Positions 49,401 to 60,089 of a stretch of 64,000 bases of DNA are shown here, piece after piece. Every line of letters begins with the position of its first letter. Positions within the stretch are counted from its first letter, which is position 1. Source of the DNA: Bacteroidales bacterium (GTDB lineage: Bacteria > Bacteroidota > Bacteroidia > Bacteroidales > UBA10428); NCBI GenBank assembly GCA_046481675.1, contig JAWOJJ010000011.1:1586-65585 (forward strand). The letters run 5' to 3'. A model generated the notes under the pieces. That model did no database searches and was not told the DNA's origin. It saw only the letters and a list, made by a program, of their open reading frames with translations. The translations under genes and the position numbers were made by a program.

Positions 49401-50356
49401 CAGAAGTATTGCTGGTGCTGATCGATGACATTCTCGACCTCTCACTCATTGAAGCAGATCAGCTCAACATTAAAAAGGAAATCTTTGGATTAAATGAAGT
49501 CCTGGATCACTTGTATTCCTCTTTTTCATTGATGAACAGAAAGCCGGAACTTGCAATCAGGTTGAACAATGAATTACACAATCAAGATCTGAAAATCAAC
49601 AGTGACCTGATCAGGATAAAACAGATACTCTCGAACCTGCTGAATAATGCTTATAAGTTCACGGATAAGGGGTTTGTTGAATTGGGTCTTAAGGAAATCC
49701 TGGATGAACTTGTATTTTACGTAAAGGATACAGGCATAGGTATTAAAGAACCTGATGTTGAAAAGGTATTTGAGCGTTTCAGAAAAAGCGAGGCAGCAGC
49801 CAATGCACTGTACCGGGGAACTGGTCTTGGCTTGGCAATTTCCAGGGCGCTTGCCAAATTGCTGGGCGGATCACTTTCAGTTGAATCGGTTTTTGGTGAA
49901 GGGTCGGTGTTTTATTTGAAACTTCCTTTATCCCTGGTAACGGTTGAAGAGATCAAAGCACTGAAAACAACTGCCCATAAAGATATTCATAAGTGGACCG
50001 ACAAGCACGTGCTGGTTGTAGAAGACGAACAAGCCAATTACCTGTACGTTGAAAAAGTACTTGGCAAAATGGAAGTGATTGTGCATTGGGCTCCAAACGG
50101 GCAGGAGGCTGTAGATCTTGTGGCTTCGGGTGAACAATTTGATGTGATCCTGATGGACATAAAAATGCCTGTAATGGACGGGTTTGAGGCCACCAAGATC
50201 ATCAAGGAAAGAAATCCCGAACAGGTTGTAATTGCACTCACAGCATATGCCCGACCTGAAGACAGGACTCATTTCATGTCAGCCGGATTTGAGGATTACC
50301 TCTCCAAGCCCATTAGGCCAAATGACTTTTTAGGAGTGATCAGAAGGTATATTTAA
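46484..50356 (+). CDS. Hybrid sensor histidine kinase/response regulator with a periplasmic two-component-regulator propeller + Y_Y_Y sensor domain
   Basis: After the signal peptide come many propeller motifs (LWIATRGGGL, LWMASADGL, IWIGTSDNGL, IWIGTADGL...) and a Y_Y_Y-type module (YSYILENFDKAWS...GRYVFRVTASNSHGIW). One TM segment (WWFLLVDILTVVLLLIYILY) and a coiled coil follow. The transmitter has H-box SHEIRTPMNAI and HATPase GTGLGLAISRALAKLLGG. The REC domain shows VLVVEDEQ...ILMDIKMPVMDG...SKP. There is no DNA-binding domain. Confidence 0.85.
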   Translation: MKRYKNRFYSQGYTLLLFLLCHLPYSLFAQSVDLNFRYLSTKDGLSYDNVLCIYQDRDGFMWFGTENGISRYDGNSFRNYYDLIKDTSSIFQQRTLAVCEDSYNGLWFCNDTNGLVLLNKQNEKTYRFRHSTGKPESISSNNTRVLFEDSRKQLWIATRGGGLDLFNRKDSSFIHFVHDSLDAKSIGSNFITSITEDSEGTLWMASADGLLIRYDQKDKVFENVMMESGLMYLFDDVNMPVAYVDSKDVVWYAGVSGVFRFNKSDKSSRFYSLFPQGGVYTTVWISSVIELDESKLLLASFNRGLFELNTETGRVVNYTYNPASPFGINSNRLTVMLRSAEGAVWIGTSDNGLNIYTPKTFRFSSLVNLVQPQFLDYSTYQAFSVCETPDGRIWIGASDNGVIEFNPREGSLKPILPELNGRSVFDLYKDRHNRIWIGAMGEGINYYDWDKKKLIHMNRFDDRDKSLIGRDVGRILEDSRGRLWVSYLRDGVALFDRTSMRVMRFRNNPADMHTLSNNLVYKIYEDSRGRIWIGTADGLCLFNPRNNSFLRIPFRDESDQDNYSITIYDILEDSRKRLWIGTDDNLYLFDANLTACVGFKGNKPNEPFVISRIFQDKNNMLWLSTTSGVCSYDPETKVIKDYGKTDGIHYLNYNPTSGTLSRSGLIYFGSSKGLTVFNPLSIQDDPYVPPVFITGLSINHIPVKPGVEDAFINCSIEYLKQIRLNHKQSTLFFNFAALNFNNPGNNQYSYILENFDKAWSKPSTTSTALYPNLPPGRYVFRVTASNSHGIWNTEGATLEVIIKPPFWRTWWFLLVDILTVVLLLIYILYNRFYRLQKQKALLEVVVNERTKELNSVNLALKEQHEELIQQHEEISTQNEMLSQMSDEILKQNAELEQHRSNLEKLVEERTRELEIAIEKAEESDKLKSAFLANMSHEIRTPMNAIVGFSNMLKDEHLELQERNEFINVINTNSEVLLVLIDDILDLSLIEADQLNIKKEIFGLNEVLDHLYSSFSLMNRKPELAIRLNNELHNQDLKINSDLIRIKQILSNLLNNAYKFTDKGFVELGLKEILDELVFYVKDTGIGIKEPDVEKVFERFRKSEAAANALYRGTGLGLAISRALAKLLGGSLSVESVFGEGSVFYLKLPLSLVTVEEIKALKTTAHKDIHKWTDKHVLVVEDEQANYLYVEKVLGKMEVIVHWAPNGQEAVDLVASGEQFDVILMDIKMPVMDGFEATKIIKERNPEQVVIALTAYARPEDRTHFMSAGFEDYLSKPIRPNDFLGVIRRYI

Positions 50357-50386
50357 TTACCATAAAGGTTCTAATGCACTCAGGTA

Positions 50387-51619
50387 TTACAGGTCAAGAA
50401 TAACCTGGTTTTTCAGAATATCGTCCAGTGTTTCCCTTTGGCGGATCAGGTAGTCTTTCCCCTCGTGTATCAAAACCTCAGGCGGTCTGAGGCGCGAGTT
50501 GTAGTTGGAAGACATGGTGAAACAATAAGCACCGGCGTTCAGGAACGCCAGATAATCACCTTCATGAACTTCATTGAGCTTTCGGTTCCAGCCGAACGTG
50601 TCGGTTTCGCAAATATAGCCGACAACCGTGTAAATTCTTAGCTTTCCTTTGGGGTTCGATACGTTCACAATGTGGTGATAGGCGTCGTAAAACATAGGCC
50701 GGATCAGGTGGTTCAGCCCGGTATCAATGCCGGCAAAAACAGTGGATAATGTTTGCTTGACCACGTTAACCCTGGCAAAGAAATACCCGGATTCACTTAC
50801 CAGGAATTTACCCGGCTCAAAGATCAGTGTAATTTCACGTCCGTATTCTTTGTAAAACTTTTTGAATCTTTTGGTCAGCTCCTTTCCCAAATGTTCAATG
50901 TCGGTAAAGTAATCATCAGGTTTATAGGGCACCTTAAAACCACTCCCGAAATCAACGTATTGCAAATTGGGAAAGCTTTTGGCTGCTTCAAGAATGATCT
51001 CGGCTCCCCGAAGAAATACCTCTACATCAAGTATGTCTGAACCGGTATGTATGTGAAGTCCTTCAACCTGTATGTTGGTGGCTTCAATAACCCGGTGAAC
51101 ATGAGGCAGCTGATAGGCCGAAATGCCAAACTTGGAATCAATGTGTCCGGTAGAGATTTTTTCGTGACCGCCACCCATGATGTGCGGATTGATTCGGATA
51201 CAAACAGGCACCTTGCTGCCGTACAGATTTCCGAATTGCTCCAGGATGGAAATATTATCTATGTTAATACGGACACCCAGTTTGACGCCTTCGGAAATTT
51301 CTTCGATGGAAACACAATTGGGAGTGAAAATAATATCCTGTGGTTTAAAGCCTGCTTTCAGCCCCAACTGTACTTCCTGTATGGAAACCGCGTCGAGGCC
51401 GCTTCCCAGCTTCCTGAAAAAGGTGAGCACGTTAAAATTGTTTAAAGCTTTACAGGCAAAGTTGATTTTCACGGGTATGTCTTTAAAAGCATGAAGCATT
51501 TTTTCATATTGCTGCTTCATCCTGGATGTCTGGTAAACGTAAACCGGCGAACCGTATTTCTCAACCAGTCCAATTACATCAATACCGTCAAGCTGGTACC
51601 TGTTCTGAACTAATTTCAT
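50387..51619 (-). CDS. lysA: Diaminopimelate decarboxylase (PLP-dependent, Orn/DAP/Arg decarboxylase family 2)
   Basis: YGSPVYVY, the PLP-Lys region NFACKALNN, HIHTGS, EPGKFLV and GAYCFTMSSNYNSRLRPPEVLI. Confidence 0.75.
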   Translation of the reverse strand: MKLVQNRYQLDGIDVIGLVEKYGSPVYVYQTSRMKQQYEKMLHAFKDIPVKINFACKALNNFNVLTFFRKLGSGLDAVSIQEVQLGLKAGFKPQDIIFTPNCVSIEEISEGVKLGVRINIDNISILEQFGNLYGSKVPVCIRINPHIMGGGHEKISTGHIDSKFGISAYQLPHVHRVIEATNIQVEGLHIHTGSDILDVEVFLRGAEIILEAAKSFPNLQYVDFGSGFKVPYKPDDYFTDIEHLGKELTKRFKKFYKEYGREITLIFEPGKFLVSESGYFFARVNVVKQTLSTVFAGIDTGLNHLIRPMFYDAYHHIVNVSNPKGKLRIYTVVGYICETDTFGWNRKLNEVHEGDYLAFLNAGAYCFTMSSNYNSRLRPPEVLIHEGKDYLIRQRETLDDILKNQVILDL

Positions 51620-51643
51620 TTATTTCTGGTTATTAAAATCTGT

Positions 51644-53539
51644 TTATTTTTTTTTCACTGGTTTTTGTCCAGCCTGCTTTGCCATTTCATCGAGCCGTTG
51701 CTGCCATTTCGATTTTTTTACCGGTTTGGTTTTCTTCTCCTCAATTTTCCTGAGCAGTTCCTTTTCATCCACAAATTGCTTGAAAAAGAAATTTTGCCCG
51801 ATGGTGATCATATTGGCCAGGAAGTAATAATAGGTAAGGCCGGAGGAGAAATTATTCAGCACAAACAAAAACATAATGGGCATCATGTACATCATGGTTT
51901 TCATGCCCGGCATCTGCTGCGACGACATGGTGGCGTCACTCATTTTCATCTGAATAATGGTGGATACGGTCATCAATATGGTAAAAAGGCTGACATGGTT
52001 CCCGTATATATTGGAAAGAATGGGAATAAAGGCATCCCATGACAAGATAGAGTCAAAGGTTGACAAGTCCTTAACCCATAAGAATCCTTCCTGTCGAAGT
52101 TCAATGGATGTGGGGAAGAACTTGAACATGGCAAAAAGTATCGGGAATTGCAGCAGCATGGGCAGACAGCCACCCATGGGACTCACACCGGCCTTCTTGT
52201 ACAACGCCATAGTGGCCTGTTGTTTTTCAAGCTCTTTTCCTTTGGGATATTTCTTGGATAGCTCATCAATCTGGGGTTTCAGGGCTTTCATGCTGGCCTG
52301 TGACAAATAGGATTTATAAGTCAGTGGCAGCAATCCTATTTTGATGATGATGGTGAGCAGCAGGATAATCAGCCCGTAATTGCCGAAGAATTTACTGAGC
52401 CAGTCGAAAATGGGAATAATCACATATTGGTTGATTCCACGAATGATACTCTTTCCCATTGAAACCAAGTCTTCCAGCTTATAGACGCCATAGTTCTTTT
52501 TCAGCAGCTTGAACTTGTTGGGGCCAAAAAACATCTTCATTCTGATGGTCTCATTCTCCAGTCGCTGAAACGGAATGCCTACTTCTGCCCTGAAATTCTT
52601 CAGGTATTTGTCTTCTTCCGGCAGGTTTGTGAGTTTGAGCAGTGCATTTGAAAAAGCAGTTTCTGCTATCAAAACGGATGAAAAAAACTGGTTTTTGAAA
52701 GCAAACCATTCAACCTGGGTAACGATATCCTTGGGTTCAACATCTTTGCTCTGACGGGGATTAAAATACTCTACATCCTCTTTATAATGCCTGAAATAGA
52801 GTGAAGTATACTGGTTTTCGTTTTTCTTCAGCTGTTCATGCTGCGGAACATAAATCTCCCAGTTCATGTCAATTGATTCAGGATCCCGTGTTACAATGTC
52901 TTTCATGCCCGATAGTTGCATGGCAAATTCAACCATGTAGCTTCCCGGTTCAAGTGAGTAGCGGTACTCAATATACTTGTTTTCTGATACAGTCAGCCTC
53001 ATAATCAGGCTGTCTCCTTTTGCAACAGCACTGTGAGCCAAAGTATCTGCTGGGGCAAAGAACAAATCACTGGTAGATATAGGTTTGTTCTGGTCGTAAA
53101 AGGTAAGTCCGAATTTGGTTGAATCACCATCGAAAAGTACAACAGGTTTTTGGTCGAACGTTTTGTATTTCTTAAGCTCAGCGCTATACGGACGGCCTCC
53201 TTTGCTTGAAACAACCAGTCTGATCAGATCATTTTCAATGGTATAGAATTTTTGTTCCCCAACTGCCTTATCGGCAAAAATGCCCAGTTCGTTTTTCAGC
53301 TTTTGCAATTTCAAAGAATCGTTCTGAATTGCGCCCTGAACCGAAAGTGCGGCCTTTTCTGCCACAACTGCTGAATCCTGGATACTTTTGATTTCCTGTT
53401 GTCTTTTTTCCACCAGGCTCAAGGAATCCAGTCTTCTTCTGTTGGCTTCAATTTCCCCGGGGTCGGGTTTGTTAATAATACCCCATACAATAAGAATGGC
53501 AGCTATCAGTACTATTCCAAAGATCGAATTTTTATCCAT
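51644..53539 (-). CDS. yidC: Membrane protein insertase YidC (long Bacteroidota form)
   Basis: N-terminal anchor MDKNSIFGIVLIAAILIVW, a large periplasmic domain, and the conserved C-terminal core (GLIILLLTIIIKIGLLPLTYKSY...MALYKKAGVSPMGGCLPMLLQFPILFAMF). Confidence 0.9.
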   Translation of the reverse strand: MDKNSIFGIVLIAAILIVWGIINKPDPGEIEANRRRLDSLSLVEKRQQEIKSIQDSAVVAEKAALSVQGAIQNDSLKLQKLKNELGIFADKAVGEQKFYTIENDLIRLVVSSKGGRPYSAELKKYKTFDQKPVVLFDGDSTKFGLTFYDQNKPISTSDLFFAPADTLAHSAVAKGDSLIMRLTVSENKYIEYRYSLEPGSYMVEFAMQLSGMKDIVTRDPESIDMNWEIYVPQHEQLKKNENQYTSLYFRHYKEDVEYFNPRQSKDVEPKDIVTQVEWFAFKNQFFSSVLIAETAFSNALLKLTNLPEEDKYLKNFRAEVGIPFQRLENETIRMKMFFGPNKFKLLKKNYGVYKLEDLVSMGKSIIRGINQYVIIPIFDWLSKFFGNYGLIILLLTIIIKIGLLPLTYKSYLSQASMKALKPQIDELSKKYPKGKELEKQQATMALYKKAGVSPMGGCLPMLLQFPILFAMFKFFPTSIELRQEGFLWVKDLSTFDSILSWDAFIPILSNIYGNHVSLFTILMTVSTIIQMKMSDATMSSQQMPGMKTMMYMMPIMFLFVLNNFSSGLTYYYFLANMITIGQNFFFKQFVDEKELLRKIEEKKTKPVKKSKWQQRLDEMAKQAGQKPVKKK

Positions 53540-53577
53540 GCGCGTGTTGTTAACAGTTGTAATGTGTAGATTAATAA

Positions 53578-55194
<1,617 letters not shown>

Positions 55195-55247
55195 TTAATC
55201 AAACCCATTCATCAACAAATGACACACGTAGCGGAAACATTCGGGTG

Positions 55248-57155
55248 TCAGTCATCCATATCATCAATCATGCTGATTTTGCGATTGAGCATTTCAATGC
55301 TTTTCCTGGTGGCTTCAATCTTCGTTTCCACATCCCTGATCATACTCTCAGCATTACGCGATTTGGCAAAGAAACCGATGTTATTTTCCCAAAGCACGAT
55401 GTCGCTTTCAAGCTGTTTCAGCCGTATGATGCATTTTTCACGTTCCTGCCTGACCCGCTGCATGCCGTTTGGCTTATCCAGGTATTCCTCCAGCTTGGCC
55501 TTGAACTTGAGCATGCTTCTGTGATTTTCATCGATCCGCAGGCCATCGAATTTTTTGTTGATTACTTCCCGGTATTTTTCGTGAATTTCGTCTTTGAACT
55601 TTAAAGGTACAAAACCGATTTCGGTCCATTGCCTTTGGAATTCCTTCAATTTTGTCAGACAATCTTCTGCATTCTCGGTAATCTGGAAAGCTTCGATTTG
55701 TTGAATAAGCTCATTCTTCTTCTGCAGATTGCTTTCGAAAGATGTATCAACTTCTGAAAAATGTTTGGCTTTTCTTTCAAAGAAGGTATCGCAGGCAGTG
55801 CGGAACCTTTTCCATACTTTTTCAGATTGCTTGTGATGGATGGGACCTATCTCCTTCCACCGCTGTTGCAATGATATCAGTTCTTCCGTTGTTTTCTTCC
55901 ATTCGGTACTTTCGCTGAGCGCTTCTGCCTGAACGCATAAGTCGGTTTTCAGCTGCAGGTTGTTGTTTTGTTCTTCCTTAAACACTCCGTAAAAATCCCG
56001 TTTCCGGTTGAAAAAGGCATCACACGCATCACGAAAACGTTTGTATATTTTTGCATTATCCTTTTTGGGAGCAAAACCAATGGTCTTCCAGACTTTCTGT
56101 AGCTCAATCAATTCATTGGATCTTACCGTCCAGTCTTTATTTGATTGGATCTCCAGATTACACAACTCCTCAGCCTTTTCGCAAAGTACAGTTTTTGCGT
56201 CAAGATTGGACTTTTGCTCATTTTTCAGATCTACAAAGTGATCCTGGTGTTTCTTGTTGATTTTGGAAGTGGCTTCCTTGAAACGGTCCCATATTTCTAC
56301 CCGCATTTCAGCCGGCACAGGTCCGATTTCCCGCCATTGCTCGTGAAGGTCCTGTAAGGTTCTGAAAGCTTCAATAACATTAGTTTCCAAAAGCAATTCT
56401 TCAGCTTTCTCGCAAAGATTTATTTTCGACTCGAGGTTCTTTTTCAGGTCTAAATCGCGCAGTTCCTGGTTAATTCTGATGTAGTCATAAAAGGCTTCAA
56501 CATGATGGTGGTAAGTTTCCCAAAGATCTTTGGCGTTTTGCTGCGGAACAGGGCCCAAAGTACGCCACCTTTTCTGCAGTTCTTTGAATTCCTGAAAGGT
56601 GCGGTTGATCGATTCCTTTTTGGTAATTAATTCCTTGATCTCTTCAATGATTTTGTACTTTTCTTCCAGGCATTCATGCTTATGCCCATCCTGAACTTTA
56701 TTGTATTCTGCTTTAAGATCTTTATATTTTTTGAGAAGTTCCTTGATCTCGTGCTCATAAGGATCATCTTCAACTACAAAGTCTTCCAATGCACCTCCCT
56801 GCTCAACAAAGGCCTTCCTTTTCCTTTCGATTTCGGCCTTATGTTTCTTGTAGTAATTGATCTTGATGTTTTCTACATCATTCACAATGGTTTCAATCGA
56901 ACGATTCTGAAGCAAATCGCCCAATAGCGAAATAAGCTCTTCTTTACTTATATCCGCAATATTAACAGGCTCTTCAGAACCAGTACTTTTTACAGGTTCA
57001 TTGTTATCCTTGCTCACGTCTTCATGCAGATCGTCTGCAGGTTGTTCTGTATCGGCATTTTCTTCAGCCGGAAGGGAAACAGGATCCGTATTATCGGCAA
57101 TACTTGGTGTATCACTGATTTGTTCATTACGAACAGAGCTATTCAAGTCACTCAT
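55248..57155 (-). CDS. DUF349 domain-containing protein
   Basis: An acidic N-terminus is followed by at least five copies of the DUF349 repeat. Examples: QKRWRTLGPVPQQNAKDLWETY, HEQWREIGPVPAEMRVEIWDRFKEA, QKVWKTIGFAPKKDNAKIYKRFRDACDAFFNRKR, QQRWKEIGPIHHKQSEKVWKRFRTACDTFFERK. Confidence 0.85.
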   Translation of the reverse strand: MSDLNSSVRNEQISDTPSIADNTDPVSLPAEENADTEQPADDLHEDVSKDNNEPVKSTGSEEPVNIADISKEELISLLGDLLQNRSIETIVNDVENIKINYYKKHKAEIERKRKAFVEQGGALEDFVVEDDPYEHEIKELLKKYKDLKAEYNKVQDGHKHECLEEKYKIIEEIKELITKKESINRTFQEFKELQKRWRTLGPVPQQNAKDLWETYHHHVEAFYDYIRINQELRDLDLKKNLESKINLCEKAEELLLETNVIEAFRTLQDLHEQWREIGPVPAEMRVEIWDRFKEATSKINKKHQDHFVDLKNEQKSNLDAKTVLCEKAEELCNLEIQSNKDWTVRSNELIELQKVWKTIGFAPKKDNAKIYKRFRDACDAFFNRKRDFYGVFKEEQNNNLQLKTDLCVQAEALSESTEWKKTTEELISLQQRWKEIGPIHHKQSEKVWKRFRTACDTFFERKAKHFSEVDTSFESNLQKKNELIQQIEAFQITENAEDCLTKLKEFQRQWTEIGFVPLKFKDEIHEKYREVINKKFDGLRIDENHRSMLKFKAKLEEYLDKPNGMQRVRQEREKCIIRLKQLESDIVLWENNIGFFAKSRNAESMIRDVETKIEATRKSIEMLNRKISMIDDMDD

Positions 57156-57366
57156 CTTTAGTTACTTTACTATGAAAATCATCAGAATATTACAAACTAC
57201 GAAAATATACATTAATGACTAATAGTCAAAGTTTTTTGGTTGAATTATGCCTGTGATAAAGGCTTTGTTCAACCATTGCAGTGTATGTAGGTGACTGACT
57301 TTGGTTTGCCGCAGGTATGAAGTCCTGTCTGCAGGTGGAAATGAAAAGTCGGGTGCAGAGGAATTG

Positions 57367-57738
57367 TTATGAAACAAGCCATTCTTTGGCCTCTTCCTCG
57401 GTGTCGAATATTTTATAATCTATTTTGGTTAATGACTGCAAAATTTTCAGCAGTATTTTTTTACTGCCTGTAATGCCAACTATTGCTTCTTTGGCAATGA
57501 GTTCCCTGGTTAGCGTTGCAGCTTTTTTAATTTCAGTGAGTACGTCTCCGTACACAAAGCTTTCGGAAATGTTTACCAGCATAAGCAAATCCTTCTTACC
57601 ATCGCGTTTTAATTTTTCGCGGAACGCATTTGTTGATTTGATTATGGCCAGGAATTCCTCACTGGTTTTGATGTTGGAGTAATCTACGTAATATATAGGT
57701 TTCCCTTTGAATTCTATGAACTTTGCCCCCTGATTCAC
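57367..57738 (-). CDS. Hypothetical protein (possibly a SpoIIAA/STAS-like fold)
   Basis: 123-aa ORF in a gap between well-supported genes. The alternating beta/alpha pattern and C-terminal FDTEEEAKEWL resemble SpoIIAA-like DUF proteins. This is a weak impression only. Confidence 0.35.
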   Translation of the reverse strand: MNQGAKFIEFKGKPIYYVDYSNIKTSEEFLAIIKSTNAFREKLKRDGKKDLLMLVNISESFVYGDVLTEIKKAATLTRELIAKEAIVGITGSKKILLKILQSLTKIDYKIFDTEEEAKEWLVS

Positions 57739-57849
57739 AGTTTTGTTTTGGCTAGGTTACGTAAAGTACAGGTATTGGTTTCATTTTAGCAGGGAAGGGC
57801 ACACTGGCACAGCCATGCATAATCTTAACATGCAGCAACGGATCTTTGA

Positions 57850-58605
57850 TTAATCCTGGTACTTATTATATATTTCCCTTATCTCAGGTTCTTCATTGAG
57901 AAGCGGGTAGTTTTCAATCCTGCCGCATTCAATCCACCGCGACTGATCGTGCTCAAATCCCATTATCGTGTGAGCAACGGCCAGCCTTAAATAGGAATCC
58001 ACTATGGAAAAGCATCCGCGTTCAGTAATCAGCCTGAAGATGGAGGGACTGATGCAATGAATGGTGCTGAAACCGATTTTGACAGGATTTGCAACTTCCC
58101 TGATCAGTTTTGTTTCGCCATTAACATTGTTGTGCCAGCCGCATAAATGATACTGCTGATCAAACAGGAAATCGCGCGAAGAATTTCTGTGCTTGACAGC
58201 CAGGGAAACAAGCGGTTTATTCTTCTTATGAAAACCGACCAAATTGTTCAGGTCAAGGTCGGTAATCACATCAGAGGAGGTTAGTATGAAGGGTTCGGTT
58301 TCGTCGAAGAACCAGCGCGCCTTATACAGGCCGCCTCCTGTATCGAGCAGTTCATCAGTTTCATCTGAAAACTCAATTCGGATGCCAAATGAGTTGTTTT
58401 TTTCAATGAAGTCAATAATCTGTTTGGCATGATGGTGAACATTGATAATGATTTCCGTAATACCATAATACTTCAGGTAGCGGATGGTATGTTCAAGAAG
58501 CGCCACGCCCTGCACCGGTAGTAATGCTTTGGGCATTTTATCTGTCAGCGGACGCATGCGTGTGCCTTTCCCGGCAGCAAGTATCATGGCCTTCATAAGG
58601 TGCAA
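57850..58605 (-). CDS. Sugar-1-phosphate nucleotidyltransferase, MurU-like (N-acetylmuramate alpha-1-phosphate uridylyltransferase family)
   Basis: MKAMILAAGKGTRMRPLTDKMPKALLPV (NTP-transferase G-loop), DTGGGL, ~245 aa, and adjacency to an AmgK-like kinase. The probable start is the Met at 58596. Confidence 0.7.
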   Translation of the reverse strand: MHLMKAMILAAGKGTRMRPLTDKMPKALLPVQGVALLEHTIRYLKYYGITEIIINVHHHAKQIIDFIEKNNSFGIRIEFSDETDELLDTGGGLYKARWFFDETEPFILTSSDVITDLDLNNLVGFHKKNKPLVSLAVKHRNSSRDFLFDQQYHLCGWHNNVNGETKLIREVANPVKIGFSTIHCISPSIFRLITERGCFSIVDSYLRLAVAHTIMGFEHDQSRWIECGRIENYPLLNEEPEIREIYNKYQD

Positions 58606-58637
58606 TTCAAATCAGGTAGTTTCATCTGCATGCTCTT

Positions 58638-60074
58638 TCAGTGTTGCCGCTTTTCAAGCTCCTGGTGGTATAAAACAACATGGAGGGCATATTTGGCTTT
58701 CAAATGCCCTGCAAGTTTTTCTGCCATGTAAACCGACCGGTGTTGTCCTCCTGTGCATCCGAATGAAATCATCAGGTGCGTGAACCCACGCTTTTGATAG
58801 GCTTCAACAGCCTGTTCGGCCATTGAAAAACAATTGCTCATGAATTGCTGTACATCGGGTTTTTCCGACAGGAATTCGCTAACTTTCTGATCACGGCCTG
58901 TGAGTTCCCTGTATGCTTCATACCTGCCCGGGTTATCCAGGCATCTGCAATCAAAAACAAATCCACCGCTGTTACCTGATACATCCTGCGGAATACCTTC
59001 CTTGTAAGCAAAACTGTTTACACTTACCGTCAGCAAATCCTGCTGCAGCTCTAATTGCCTGGAGCGGGGCATGCTGATCAGTTTATCAAACACTTCAGGC
59101 AAACTTTTGATTTGCAGCGGAAGCGGATGATTTTTACTGAGCCATGCCAATGTTTCAACGGCATAAGGAAGACTTTGCAAAAACAGGGGTTTTCGTTCGA
59201 TGTAACCCCTGAATCCATATGCTCCCATGGCCTGCATCAGTCGCAGGTATACAAAGCCATAATAGTAACTCAGAAACTTTTCGGGATCAAACCACGAAAA
59301 TGATGCGGAAAATACTTTCACATAATAGTCCAGCAATTCACTGCGGACAGAACCGGATAAACGGGTTTTTGCCTCAAAAAGCAATGAAGCCAGGTCATAT
59401 TGCAGCGGGCCTTTCCGGCCGCCCTGGAAATCTATAAAGTACAGCTGGTCATTATGGATCATGATATTCCGCGATTGAAAATCCCGGAACATAAATGAAT
59501 TTCGTTCAGCTCCAATCAGCCAGTCTGCAATTTTCACGAAGTCATCTTCCAGATCCTGCTCGTAAAAACCTATTTTCAAAGGTTTCAGCAGGCAGTACTT
59601 GAAGTAATTCATATCCCACATCATGCTTTGCACATCGAATTCAGCACGCGGATAACACCGGCTGTAATCCAGTCCGGCAGCTGCATGAACCTGTAAGCCG
59701 GGCATGGCATCAATTACCCTTTTGTAAACTTCAATAATTTCTTCATCGCTGCCGGAATTTTTTCTGAGGGTGGCCAGGTGCTCGAAAAGAGTGACGTCTC
59801 CAAGATCCTGCTCAAGATAAACATGATTTTCCAGATCAGCTGCGATTACTTCCGGGACCTTGTTCCCTGTTTTTACCAACTGCTGGTTAAGGTAAATGAA
59901 AGCCTGATTTTCGCGGTTATCATTGTTATATACACCCAACAGACTGCTATGGCCTGAAGTAATCCTGAAATACCGGCGGTACGAACCTGATTCCGGCAAT
60001 GGTTTAATAATTCCGGAAGGAGATCCGGACCACTTTGAATAGAGCGCTTCTATGTTTTTTAAAGGTTCTTTCAT
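58638..60074 (-). CDS. Fusion protein: APH-fold sugar kinase (AmgK-like) + RapZ (YhbJ) C-terminal domain
   Basis: aa 1-346 form an aminoglycoside-phosphotransferase-type kinase (Brenner motif FRDFQSRNIMI, DFQGG). aa ~347-478 (58641-59036) match the RapZ C-domain as I recall the E. coli sequence: LTVSVNSFAYKEGIP...FVFDCRCLDNPG...ELTGRD..V..FL...ISFGCTGGQHRSVYMAEKLA...HQELEKR. Confidence 0.75.
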   Translation of the reverse strand: MKEPLKNIEALYSKWSGSPSGIIKPLPESGSYRRYFRITSGHSSLLGVYNNDNRENQAFIYLNQQLVKTGNKVPEVIAADLENHVYLEQDLGDVTLFEHLATLRKNSGSDEEIIEVYKRVIDAMPGLQVHAAAGLDYSRCYPRAEFDVQSMMWDMNYFKYCLLKPLKIGFYEQDLEDDFVKIADWLIGAERNSFMFRDFQSRNIMIHNDQLYFIDFQGGRKGPLQYDLASLLFEAKTRLSGSVRSELLDYYVKVFSASFSWFDPEKFLSYYYGFVYLRLMQAMGAYGFRGYIERKPLFLQSLPYAVETLAWLSKNHPLPLQIKSLPEVFDKLISMPRSRQLELQQDLLTVSVNSFAYKEGIPQDVSGNSGGFVFDCRCLDNPGRYEAYRELTGRDQKVSEFLSEKPDVQQFMSNCFSMAEQAVEAYQKRGFTHLMISFGCTGGQHRSVYMAEKLAGHLKAKYALHVVLYHQELEKRQH

Positions 60075-60089
60075 GCATCGGGAGTTTGA

